64,000 bases of DNA, taken from Octopus sinensis. Taxonomy: Eukaryota. Position 1 is the first letter of the stretch. Every line of letters begins with the position of its first letter. Below the pieces are notes generated by a model. It had not been told where the DNA came from. It saw nothing but the letters and a program-made list of their open reading frames with translations, and searched no databases. Positions 1-11,639 of this stretch are shown piece after piece. A program made the translations under genes and the position numbers. The stretch spans positions 35,836,001-35,900,000 of the forward strand of contig NC_043006.1 of assembly GCF_006345805.1 (NCBI RefSeq). Reading direction: 5' to 3'.

Positions 1-244
1 TCTTACTTTATCTACCAGAGGGTGGCGGGAAATGCTTATTCAATGACCTAAAGAAAATCCATGGAATATTCGAGGATAGCTGGATTTTACAAAGGGAGTT
101 AAACCATGTGGCAGTCCTTTCATGAAATGCTTATTCAATTCAGTGGATATCCGAGGTTATCTAAATCCTATAAAGGATGTTAAACCATGTGATAATCATT
201 TTATGTAATATAGGCGACGAGGGATAGGATTAACGAATAACCAT

Positions 245-395
245 CCTTTTCAAATTCCGCCGATGTCGACTTTGCCTATAATCCTTTCGGGGTTGATAAA
301 TTAAGTACCAGTTGCGTACTGAGGTCGAGCTACTTGACCGACCACCTCTCCAAAGATTTCGGGTCTTGTGCCTAGAGTAGAGAAGAATCATTTTA
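245..395 (+). mobile_element. SINE family A fragment (central domain TTTGCCT..ATCCTTTCGGGGT.GATAAA..AAGTACCAGTT)
   Basis: Same core seen in more than 15 copies across the window; resembles the Deu/Nin-type SINE central domain. Confidence 0.8.
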
Positions 396-499
396 CGTAA
401 TCCATTTCTATTAGTTTTGTTGTTTCTTGATTTTATTTGTTTCTGGAAGAAGGTAACCGATAGACACCTCAAAGGACCCAGGTCAGACTTTCAGGCTTT

Positions 500-1107
500 T
501 TAGCTCTTCAGCCTTTTAGCTGTCCATCTAAGAGAAGATGACTCGATACAAATCCAGCGTCCTGATAACTACTGGGCACGTGGCACTTGTTGCACCACAC
601 CAATACAAGTTTGAAGGACGAGAGAAATTGTCTGGCTCTGCACAAAACATGCGCGCTATAAAAATATTCACCGTGCAGATCGTTCAGCAAACCAAAATGC
701 CAGCAGCAATATCATCGCACTTCCTTCAAGTCCAGTGGCGGGAGGAAAAGAAGCGATGGGGACAGACAGCAGATGCTACTAGAAATCTTCAACTGTAACA
801 CTACACACAAGCAGCCCGAAAGTGACGGTCGTTTTCCTAAGACCTCAGCTGTGTCAAAATGACATAGAAGTCCGTTAAATTAGTATAGTATCGTTGATTC
901 TGCGTTGAATAGTTCTCTTACGGTCATGGAAGTTGCAACGATAATTCCCAGGTTTGAATCTGTTATTATTATGTTCTGTCCTTTTACTTAGGGTGAAAAA
1001 TATGGAGCTAATGACCTGTACATGATGATCGAGACTGTTTTGATTGGTTGCCCGTTGTTTACTTTCAATAAATATAGAATGACGTCAGCAGGCAAACTCG
1101 GATTACA
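500..1107 (+). mobile_element. Possible decayed Gypsy-type LTR retrotransposon 3' end (integrase C-terminal region, polypurine tract, partial LTR)
   Basis: Frameshifted peptides LREDDSIQIQRPDNYWARGT and VAPHQYKFEGREKLSGSAQNMRAIK resemble the Gypsy integrase C-terminal pattern (L..GD.V.I..P...W..G / PRSY.V....RN.R.L). A purine run AGGGTGAAAAA near 990 is followed by a segment with AATAAA that ends in TTACA. Recognition only. Confidence 0.3.
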
Positions 1108-1534
1108 GAGGAAAAGGGAATTCCAGAGGTTTGACGTCAGGAGACGAAGGAATTGGAATAAGATTTAATACAGAGTATTTGGGATGGGAAGACTCAATAT
1201 AGGCGACGAGGGATAGGATTAGCGAATAACCTTGCTTCAAGTGAGCATTAGTTCCACTTCCGTTCGGTTGTACTTTGTGGCCGTCAAAAGATTAGAGAAA
1301 CAAGAAAAAGATTTTGTGAGATGGAGTTTACAGCGTGATGGGTATTTGATAATCACGTGATCATATTGAAATTTGTCCCGTCAAGGATATCTCTAGGTGT
1401 ATCAGCAGCAGTAGCATCCAGTTCGTAGCCTCACCTGAGTTTTCTCGACATATACCAATTGTTCAGATGGTACACGTCTAGTATGTATATAATATTTTCC
1501 GTGTCACACATTTCCCTCAATGCATTCAAACATA

Positions 1535-1819
1535 CATACATAGACACATACATACATACTTGCATACGTATATGTATGCATATACATATATGTGTGTGTA
1601 TGTGTGTGCGCGTATGTGTGCGAGTGTATTCAACATGAATGTGTGTGTGTGTGTGTGTGTATTCAACATGAATAAGAAATATTTTCTAAACTTCATGCTC
1701 TAAATATACTGATTGTGTCTTCAAACACACTTCGTTGCATTTTAGGACAGACATAAAAGAAACCAACGGATGTTCGCAACACACACACATATATATATAT
1801 ATTATATATATATATATAC

Positions 1820-1905
<86 letters not shown>

Positions 1906-2430
1906 TATATATACATACACACACGCACGCAAACACACATACACACACATACACACACACACATACACACATATATATATATATATACATATATACACAT
2001 ATATATACATACACACACGCACGCAAACACACACACATATATTATCCGAAAAGTATTGTATTAAATATTCCTCATGGCTAATCTTACCAATCGGGTTCGC
2101 GCAAAGAATACAATGGAGCGCTAGGTAACAATCTTAGACGACTCACGCACGTATACATACATACATATATACATACATACATACATATATAAATATCTAT
2201 GAATACGTGTATGTATGGGCGTGTTTGCATGCCTATGCGTATATTATTATTTATATATCCGTGTCTATTTATACATGTATGTATAAATGAGGGTGGGGTG
2301 TTTATGGGAAAAGAAGCAATTTTTCCCATTGTTGATAATTTGCTAGTCACGGAAAGAAAAAAAAAATTACAGAAACGTAATTTTCTTGGTTCAATCAGTT
2401 GTATACACACTCACATTCACCCATACATAC

Positions 2431-2495
<65 letters not shown>

Positions 2496-2520
2496 GTGTG
2501 TGTGTGTGTGGAACAGTTTT
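1535..2520. repeat. Compound (TA)n/(CA)n/(CATA)n microsatellite cluster
   Basis: Direct reading; it produces the spurious YI/CV/TH ORFs in the track. Confidence 0.95.
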
Positions 2521-3322
2521 GAAGATTTAACAACGGTGGTGCTCCAGAATGACCACAGCTTTGAAGCTGAAACGTTTTTAAAGATTTTTAAACACACACA
2601 TGCAAGTCACCGTCTATTGAAAAGGTTGAAAAGCGCAACAAAAATTTTAGAAAAAATAAATAAATAAATGATCGGAAATCGAACCAGTGAACGTGTTAAA
2701 TAATAAGGTTAAAAGAATGCGTATATGAATATAAAAATAAGTGTGTCTGTCTATATGTCTTAGTCGTTGGCTTTCAACTCCTATCACATCCTGAAGGAAC
2801 AATCGTCTATTACTGTGAGTCTTGGGCTCTAACCGAACGAAACGACTTTCTGTCCAAATCTAACCAGGACCGGTCCTTTCTTATTTGTTTTTCAGAAATA
2901 CATGAGAGATAGGCGGGAATCGATGTCCATTGCCAGAGTGGACTGATAATTTTAGTTATTGACCAACTTGATATAGGTGGGACGAAAATCTGAACTACGT
3001 TTTCCCCCCTTGTCTTAAATGTCACTTGTATAATTCAGGAATGCCAGCTCAGAAAGTTTAGCCATGTTACTCGATTTTCCGAGTTAGGACCTTCTTACCG
3101 TGATTCTCATCACCGAGGATCCAATTGGGTTATAACGGCTCGTTTTGGTTGACCACATGATCATGGTAGATGAAGAGGTATATAGCGGTGATGGGGGACC
3201 CGCGAGGACCCGGTATTACGCCGATAAATGGTGAATGCAACAACGCATGTCTCCACAAAAAGAAGCAGAAGAGGCAGAAGAAGAAGAAGAAGAAGAAGAA
3301 GAAGAAGAAGAACAACAACAAC

Positions 3323-3361
<39 letters not shown>

Positions 3362-3494
3362 GCTATAAAGCACATTCCTATCGAACCACATACCATCGTT
3401 TCTATACTTACCTCTAGCATCTTAGAGGCCTTACATTATTCTTTTTTCTAATACCTATGATATTCAGCAACATCTAAAATACCTTTCCAATATA

Positions 3495-4260
3495 TACAGG
3501 GTGGGTGGAAAGTAACTAGGTATTAGAAATTGCTTATGGAATCATGAGGAAAACACTCTTTAACCAGACAACACTAAGGGGATTTCTTAATCTCTTACTG
3601 TCTTATTTCTTAATTCTTATTTTCCAGATGGCCGGCCGCTTGGCTGTTCAGGAGCGAGCTAAGATAGCAGCTCGCTACGAAGTGTGGAATTCCACTGTTT
3701 TGGTTCAAAGCTGGTGGCATGCAGGGAAAGGTATGTATGCAACACTACTTCCGAAGACAATAAAATGTTGTCATGCAAAGCTGATGATCATCTGTGAGCG
3801 ATGCAAAAAGTGGCCGTCCAACCACATTCCGATCAGTGGAGCACGAGATAACAGTGCAGGAAATGTTTAATCGCAGCCCGCGAAAATCAACACATCAAGC
3901 AGCTCGTGAAAGTGGTTAACAAGACACAACATACGCACGGTATTGCATAAAAAATTGAATTTTTGTCTGTGGAAACTCCATTACGTGCAGCCAGGACTCC
4001 AGATCTGCAAGAAGTCCAGATCTCACTCGATGTGATTTTTGCCTGTGGGATTACACAAAATGGAATAGTTAGAGACCCGGATTCAGGAGGTTCTCAATGA
4101 TATCGCAGACAACGTCCTTCAGAAGGTTGTTCATTCTATCCCTGGCCGTTTGTGGAAACTGGTTGACGCCACCGCTGGTTACGTTGAAATATGAAGATTT
4201 ACTTTCATTTTCCCATGTAATAAAGAACATATATCATTTGTTTCAATAAATTCGTATAAG
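3495..4260 (+). mobile_element. Internally deleted Tc1/mariner-superfamily element (DUF4817-type HTH N-terminus plus SPDL-motif C-terminus)
   Basis: Starts TA-CAGGGTG. Encodes MAGRLAVQERAKIAARYEVWNSTVLVQ. A later ARSPDLTRCDF motif (WP.RSPDL.P.DFFLWG) is followed by ...GRLWKLVDATAGYVEI* ending at 4194. The DD catalytic middle is missing and no right TIR was found. Confidence 0.75.
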
Positions 4261-4319
4261 GAATATGGATTATATTACCAATTTTTAATGCCTAATTACA
4301 TTTCACTTATTTGCCTATT

Positions 4320-4376
<57 letters not shown>

Positions 4377-4633
4377 CCAAAATGAGTCGGGGGAAATAAC
4401 TCACTGTGACCAGGGGTATGTGTCTATAAAACGTACACAAATACAGGTATATCTACTTTAGAGAATATGCAGCTGTTGTCTTTCATACGCATCATATGCC
4501 AATGCCATCACAGTTTTCTCTGTTGCATCATAATTCCCAAATGGCAATTAAAATCATCTCGGTTTGAAAAGGTGAGATAATCCCCAGAATTGTAAAATCT
4601 TTAAGGCAAAGGACAGCCCGTCACGTATAGATG

Positions 4634-5493
4634 TACGAGGGGTCGCCCGAAAGAGACCGAAATTTTGCAGTGTTAATTTATTCCCTTAGTTTTACAGATA
4701 TACACTTTTATCGCCTTCGGAGTCTTCCTTATTTGAAGCAATGCATCGGTCCAGCCGAGTTTTCTACTATCCGAAGATGTACTGGAACTCTTGCGAAGTG
4801 ATGTCTTTTAACGCCTCCGTCGTTTTTATCTTCACTTCTTCCACATCTGAATATTCCGTAGTACCAAATTTCATTACCATTGATGATCTTCGAAAAATGT
4901 CTGGATCAATTTTCACATGTTCTTTCAGTTCATAACATATATTCAGTCGTGACCGCTTGTGATCTGCCGTGAGCAAGTAAGCCGCTAATTTTGCTGCAAC
5001 TCTTTTCATTCGCAATTCCTCGCACAAAATTCGTTGGCGGGGGCTCCAAAACACATCAGTCACATCAGCAATTTCGTTAACTGTTCGGTGACGGTCCTTC
5101 ATGAATTTTCTTGATGTTTTCATTTGTTCGGGAGGTAGACGGTCACCCAAAACGAGGCTGGTCGTCAAGCAAAAAGTGACCATTCATAAAGTGTGGAAAA
5201 CAATTGTAAACTTGTGTTTTGCTCATGGCAGAATCCTTGTGAGCTGTTTAAAGTATAACTATTTCGGCCGCCGTTTTCCCCAGCAGAAGACCAAATTTCA
5301 CAGAAGTACACTGTTCCTTCGTTTCAGCCATCGCAAAAATCGACGTACAGGGTCAGTATGACTCCACCCGGCGACGCTGGTCAGCAGACTGATGTTTGAG
5401 GGTTGCATAGAGTGGTTTCTAGCGGCGGAATCCCGAACTACAACGGACTTGTCCCACAGAGAACGTTTCCGGTTACTTTTGGGTACTTTCTAT
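4634..5493 (-). mobile_element. Decayed mariner (DD34D-type) element with imperfect TIRs
   Basis: Minus ORF 4767-5183 contains MKRVAAKLAAYLLTADHKRSRLNICYELKEHVKIDPDIF, the mariner linker (KRV.AK.VP.LLT). The ends TACGAGGGGTCGCCCGAAAGAGACCG and CCGGTTACTTTTGGGTACTTTCTATA are degenerate inverted repeats. Confidence 0.8.
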
Positions 5494-5499
5494 ATTATA

Positions 5500-5700
5500 T
5501 ACATATATCTTTTATCGTTTATGTTTTACTTGCTGGGGCGCTACCTTGAAAGTTAGTCGACTGCATCGGCCCCAGTAACATTTTTGTATGCCTGATACTT
5601 ATTCTTTCGGTCTCTTTTTGCCGAAACCGCAAGAATACGAGTACGCAAAAACACCAACACAAGTTGTGAAGCGATGGTAGGAGACAAACGCAGACACAAA
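5500..5700 (-). mobile_element. SINE family B 3' half
   Basis: Reverse complement of the CGGTT.GGCAAAA.AGACCGA.AGAATAAGTA tail seen full length at 22080-22525. Confidence 0.8.
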
Positions 5701-5720
5701 GTCGCACGCACACATACACA

Positions 5721-5769
<49 letters not shown>

Positions 5770-6765
5770 GACGTGTGAATTTTGTGCGGTCACTCGGGCA
5801 CGTTGTTGTGGTCCAAATAGAAACTTTAACTGATCACCACAGGTCCATCCGTGATAAGCGTAACATGATTCACAGTTGAACGCACTGCGTTATCACGGTT
5901 CAGCGATCACCGAATCAGTGATAAACGAGGCTAGATGTATTCGAAGTATAACGTTTTAAAATTTACAAATTATTTTATTTTATTTTGCCAATATACTTAT
6001 ATGCCCGTATGTATGAAAGTATGTCTATATGTACAACTTTTGTATGTATGTAAACTTGTATGTTGGCGTGTATGTATGCGTGTATGAATATGTTTGCATT
6101 CTGTGTGTTAATGCTAACATTCCGGTCAGTGCAGGTCGTTGGGTCTATTGTAACACATCTCCACCCAAACAATATACATAAGGGTTGACTAACGTGGCAG
6201 AGTCGTTTTCGTTGTTGCTGTTGTCAACATGGTTTTCAAATATATAAACACTGGTAATAACATCTCTGCTATGTCTGTAATGCCATCTTTTCCAACCAGC
6301 CAGTTCCGACATTTTAGTAGGCTGTAAACTTACACAAGGGTGTCACTAATTTGTTCCAATTTTGAATATTTTATATCTTTTTCCCTTTCATTATGTATTT
6401 TTTCTTCCTTTCGTCTTCGCTTTTTCACATTTGCAGATTAAAATTAAACATTGACTAACTATTTTAACTACACATGCTTACTATCACACGCCTGTTCGAA
6501 CACAGAATAACGGTGACGAAATGTTTAACGAAAACAAATATATTTATATGTGTGTGTATGTATGTATGTATACATGTATGTATGTATGTATGTAGGTAGG
6601 TAGGTAGGTAGGTATGTACGTAGGTAGACAGATAGGCATGTATATATAAAGTGTATTGATACTGTGACGTCACATTTTAAGATTGGGAAATACTGCTGTA
6701 ATGTGTCTTGTATCTATATATATACATACATATATATACATACACACACACACACACTCACACAA

Positions 6766-6796
<31 letters not shown>

Positions 6797-6834
6797 TGTA
6801 TGCATGTATGTATGTATGTATGTATGTATGTATA

Positions 6835-7137
6835 TAGTTATCGCCAAGATAACATGGCAGTCTAGAAAAATAGGACGAATGCTGCTGTTGATTAGCTCCA
6901 AGAGGCCATCACCACTAGCTAGCTATGTGACACACAAACCTGTGTCCATTACAACATTCGAACAAGGGAGGTCATCAGTTTCCCCATGCTGGTACAGACA
7001 GACATCCACAGACTAGTTTCAAGGTATTTGCCCTTTATCAATGTGGAGTAATCGAACCCATAGCTAGCTAGAGGCGATGGACAAAGGCAACATTCGTCCT
7101 ATTTTTCTGCGCTGTCATGTTAGCGTGGCGATAACTA
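6835..7137. mobile_element. MITE with ~80-90 bp TIRs, TA-flanked
   Basis: The left arm TAGTTATCGCCAAGATAACATGGCAGTCTAGAAAAATAGGACGAATG...CTAGCTAGCTATG (6835-6927) is the reverse complement of 7059-7137, apart from scattered mismatches and an indel. Confidence 0.8.
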
Positions 7138-7191
7138 TTAATACCCAGTACTGCTGCCGAAGTCTCCTTTAGAGAGATTTAGAAATATTAC

Positions 7192-7251
<60 letters not shown>

Positions 7252-7407
7252 TATATAGGTTATGAGAGGTAATGGTGTCAAGAAGACCCAAAGGTGTCAG
7301 GTTATGCTGAGTAAGTGCTATGGACAGACTATAGTTAAGCTCCAGGTTCGGTGATTATGCGAATGAGGAGTCTAGCGTAGGTCATATATTAGCAAGCATA
7401 TATATAT

Positions 7408-7955
7408 AAAAATTAACAGAATAAGATAAAAATCCAAGGCTGTCAAAGATTACAGGTCTTACAGGTGTTTCCGGGATATTTTATATATCCCTTCATCGGA
7501 GACGGTCGGAAAAGATGGTTAAGTAATAGTTATTCTAGAGAAGATATGAAATAGAGAGTCAAGTGGAGGAATGAAAACAGACGTGAGATATGCAAGGATA
7601 TTTTATCTGCAGTTCCATTATTTAGGCAGAATGGTATACATATAAGTTTCCTGTATTTTGTGTGTAAGTTCCAATAGTACTTATAATTGGTCATTCCAAG
7701 CATAAAGTTTATAAACCGTGTTACTGGATCGAGGGTTTTCATTAAGTGAACTGCAGATACAATATCCCTGCATATGTCAAGTCTGTTTTCATTCCTCCAC
7801 TTCACTCTATATTTCATATCTTCTCTAGAATAACTATTGCTTCACTATTTTCTCAAGGGATATATAAAATATCCGGGAAACAGCTGTAAGACCATCTCTT
7901 TATATATGTTCTGAAATCTTTCACAGCCTTGGACATTTATTTCCTTCTATTAATT
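7408..7955. mobile_element. Non-autonomous inverted-repeat element carrying a hammerhead motif (PLE pseudo-LTR derivative)
   Basis: Arms 7408-7615 and 7748-7955 are reverse complements around a ~130 bp spacer. The HHR is in the left arm on the minus strand; the right-arm copy has its core deleted. Confidence 0.75.
7455..7503 (-). ncRNA. Minimal type I hammerhead ribozyme motif (core CCGAUGA, U4C)
   Basis: Minus strand: GTCT CCGATGA A GGGATAT ataaa ATATCCC G GAAA CACCTG TA / AGAC. Stem I and a 7-bp stem II pair. Stem III is palindromic (CAGCTG) in the sister arm at 7878-7890. Confidence 0.7.
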
Positions 7956-7956
7956 G

Positions 7957-8039
<83 letters not shown>

Positions 8040-8306
8040 AAAAGAAAAACAGGACGCAAAGGATTTTGCGGTACATATGCTTCGGGCTTTATTGAACAAC
8101 TTATTCTTATATCAATGCATAATTGATATAACAGGTAGATCAAAAGTACCACTAGCTGGCATATACAGGTGCTTACATTTATCAAGTATTCACCCTGAAT
8201 TTATTATATATATATACTGTAATAATATAGGGTGAAATTAATTAATTTGGAATAATCATTAATTTCACCAAGTAGATTTCGGCATGTAAAAGCCTCATTC
8301 GAGGAA

Positions 8307-8562
8307 AGTTTAAGTAATACTAAGTAATTAAGGGTTTAGCAACGATTTGCCTCACCACACACCGAATTTAGAAATAGCAGTCAAAGAGTTATAGCTATTC
8401 TTTCAACTAAAAGGGAGATCTCAGTAAAAAGTGCTGTGGTTTTACTGAGATCTCCCTTTTAGTTGAAAGAATAGCTATAACTCTTTGACTGCTATTTCTA
8501 AATTCCGTGTGTGGTGAGGCAAATCGTTGCTAAACCCTTAATTACTTAGTATTACTTAAACT
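8307..8562. repeat. Near-perfect 123-bp inverted repeat (foldback) with a 10-nt loop
   Basis: 8307-8429 pairs with 8440-8562 with one mismatch; the loop is AGTGCTGTGG. Confidence 0.95.
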
Positions 8563-9364
8563 ATATATATATACATATATATATGTCTGTGTTCATGTTG
8601 TTTGTTTGTATAAGTATGCGTATGTTTGAAAATGCGTCTGTGCGTCTGCTTGTTAAGATTTCTTGCTGTGTGTGTGTCAAAATTTTCGTCGTAAGCTTCC
8701 GTTTTTGTGGAGGCGGTGGGAGGTGAGTTGAATGAGTGCAGGGGTATCCTCTTGTTATGGCCGACGATACATTTTGACAGCTGCTGATTACACACCAGTA
8801 TTTCTCTTATGTGTATCTATGTGTGCTGTCTCTGCCTTTCAATCTGTTTTTGCTGTGTCCATGTCTTTTGTTCTCCCTCTTTTGTTTGGTGTCTATGCAA
8901 TAAGTGTATTTGTTAAGAGCCAAAGTTCTGCGTCATAATATAATTGTCAAAAAATCATCTCTTAGATTCTAGCTTTGTTCTGTTTCTTTTTTACATTTTT
9001 TGTTGTTGTTATTATTGCTATAAAGCGGTGAACTGTCAGAACCTATGCAGTCTCAGACAATTTACTTAGCGATATTCCTTTGGAATCTTTATGTTCATAG
9101 CTTTTGGGGTTTGATAAAATAAATACCAGTTGAGTACTGATGTCGATAAAATTGACGTACCCCTCACCTACAATCGCTGGCCTTGTGCAGCAATTTCAAA
9201 TGATTTTCGATGTTGTTGCTAAGACTAATATAGGGGGTTGACTGGCTGGACCTATAACCAAATATTTTCCATCCGTCCCATCGAATTTTCAGGCATACTA
9301 TATGTAGCACTAGATCATACAAGCGTCCTTACTGGCAAGCTCACATATGGGCTACATGGCCTGC

Positions 9365-9429
<65 letters not shown>

Positions 9430-9885
9430 TTTTATTTTTATCTGTTTCAGTCAGAGGCTGAGGCCATGCTGTTGTACCGCCTTTACTGCATCCGGGGATT
9501 TTTCCAGTATTGCTTCTGGTGAAGTACCAAGTTGGACGTTGCCGCTCTTCTTTGTGCCTCCTGCCGCGATATGGGTTCATCCGGAATTGCAGATAAAAAG
9601 CTGTCCAGCAGTTCCTTGATGTTCTTGAATCCCAATCTATTACAATATTGGGTTCGTATCCTCGATGGAGAGGATAGGACCTTTGGTACTGTGCAGTGCC
9701 GTCAGGTTCAGGGATTATTGTAGCTTTCAATTCCAAAATGTCGAGCCAGACCCTCCTTTATATTCCACATATATAGGGCTGTATATTTCTCCCGTCTCTC
9801 CTCCAGGGAGTAGAGTCCCAGTTCCTTCAATCTCTCCCAGTAGCCCATGTGTTTTACTGAGTCTATATTCTTTGTGAAGTGGCGT
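9430..9885 (-). mobile_element. CR1-like LINE 3' end
   Basis: Minus-strand translation FTKNIDSVKHMGYWERLKELGLYSLE.RR... ends YWKNPRMQ*, the typical CR1/L2 post-RT region. A short 3' tail follows. Confidence 0.85.
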
Positions 9886-11639
9886 TGGATCGCTTCTCGT
9901 TCCGCAATTTGTTTTCCACAAGACTTCGATTTAAGAATTGTGTAAAGCCCTCGCAGAAAGAGATTGAAATATGGGAGGTGAATTTAAAGAAGCAATGCTT
10001 GTCATCGCCACCAATGGAGGAAACAAATAAAACAAAGAGTAGATGTTTTCGAGAAAAAGAGCACGCATTTCTCATACAGAATTTAAGGAAGCCGCTCAAA
10101 AACGCTCCGCCAGTGTAGTGAATGGGGGAAGCTTGGTCTGTAATATCTACGAACGTTTATCAAGGGATGGGCTTATTAATCATCAGCGGTATCATAAGTG
10201 TGAAGTATAAATTTGTCTGAGTGCGCAACGTGCTTAATGCATATCAGTAGATTAGTTGGAGATGTGTATTGATTAATTGAACTGCTGGGTATGTTTATGG
10301 ATAATGTTTTACATAAATTTACAGGCGTAGGATTAATAAACATAAAAACAAATTTATGTGACTCTGTTGTTCTTCATACGTAGCTCTAAGTTAGTCTCGC
10401 TTTCTCTTTTTCTTTCTCTATTTCCACGTCTTTCACTATCCTCTCCCCCGATCTCTTTCTCGAGCAGATTAAATTAACCATTCATAGCATGATTGTAGAG
10501 GCAAATGAAACTAGTCGACTTGTTTATCAGTGTGTTCTGCCGAGGGATCCCAATGATTAACTACGAAGTTTAGTTGCACGGCGAGGTCAAATTTTTCATG
10601 TGTATTTATTAAATGTACTCATACAAATCTATTTACTTCTTACCTGCCAAATACTAGATAAATTACAGGAATCATAATAGGTATTACATGGTCAAGTCGT
10701 AACTAATTGTATCAGCAATACCTCGAAACCATTTTGGAAAGAAGGAGGATTTTGGATACCCCGCAACATGAAAGAAATAACCACCAATGTGCGGAGAAAC
10801 CCAGGCGAGCTACTAGCCATTCATTAATGTGTGTAGATGCATGTCAACCCTTTGTCTGGCATCCATGTATTAAGTATGATACACATTCATAATTTTTGTC
10901 AACCACCAGAATAACTATGAATTTAATAAATGAGGGCGTTATATTACTCAGAGCGTATGAAATAATGGTTAACTAAATGTCTGAAAACAAGCAGGGACGT
11001 TTCGAATAAACTTACGAAAATGCTTTGGGCAGGCAAAGAGTTAAGTAAATGTATGTATAGTTATTTGCATGTTTGCATTTCAGTCAAATGTGATTGGGAA
11101 TAAAGAAGCAACCATCATGTTCTTAGTTTCGAAATTAGTGGCAACAGATCAACGAGAATAACATATGCAAGTGGTAACATACCGTCATGCTGGACTAGAA
11201 ACCACGATGTAGGGCAAGCATTTGGAATGATATTTTTTTGGCCTGGACTCACAACAAGTTAGATGGCACTCCGTGGTCGAGATATCTGTTCCGATATTCT
11301 GGAAGACTCCTGTATTTCCATACAAGTTCGGTTGTCTTGACTTTATCTTGCTACTGGGCACATTGTGAAAGAACGAGAGAGTGAGTCTGTTGTGCACGTC
11401 CTTGTTTCTCAGTCAAAAATAAAACCTCACCTTAGTTTAGCATTCGCCCATTAGTTGTTAAGCCATCGTCAATTTGAAGGACAAGCTATCATTCATTCAT
11501 TCATTAACTCATACATTTATACATACATACATATATACATACATACATACATACATACGGTCAAATAAAATCTAAAGAGACTGGTGTTGGCCAGTGTAGG
11601 CAAGATTTGTATTATTTTATGAAATCGACAGAAACAGTA

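Noticed and set aside
2545-2580. AGCTT-TG-AAGCT hairpin followed by GAAACGTT
   Set aside because: No CUGANGA equivalent and no stem I.
1686-2667. Many overlapping ORFs rich in YI/CV/TH/HT (also at 14.7-15.2, 19.3-19.7, 31.8-32.3 and 49-51.9 kb)
   Set aside because: These are translations of (TA)n/(CA)n microsatellites that lack stop codons; not genes.
2896-2946. Possible terminal exon KYMRDRRESMSIARVD* after a good acceptor
   Set aside because: The acceptor is the only evidence; such signals occur by chance in T-rich DNA.
3130-3420. Poly-E/poly-K/poly-N ORFs (also 15689-15994, 23695-24039, 28261-28599)
   Set aside because: Trinucleotide microsatellites (GAA, AAC, GAT, AAT, CTA).
8262-8305. 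Minus-strand CGAATGA GGC..GCC GAAA hammerhead-like string next to the big palindrome
   Set aside because: The core is corrupted, there is no UH triplet in register, and stem I does not pair.
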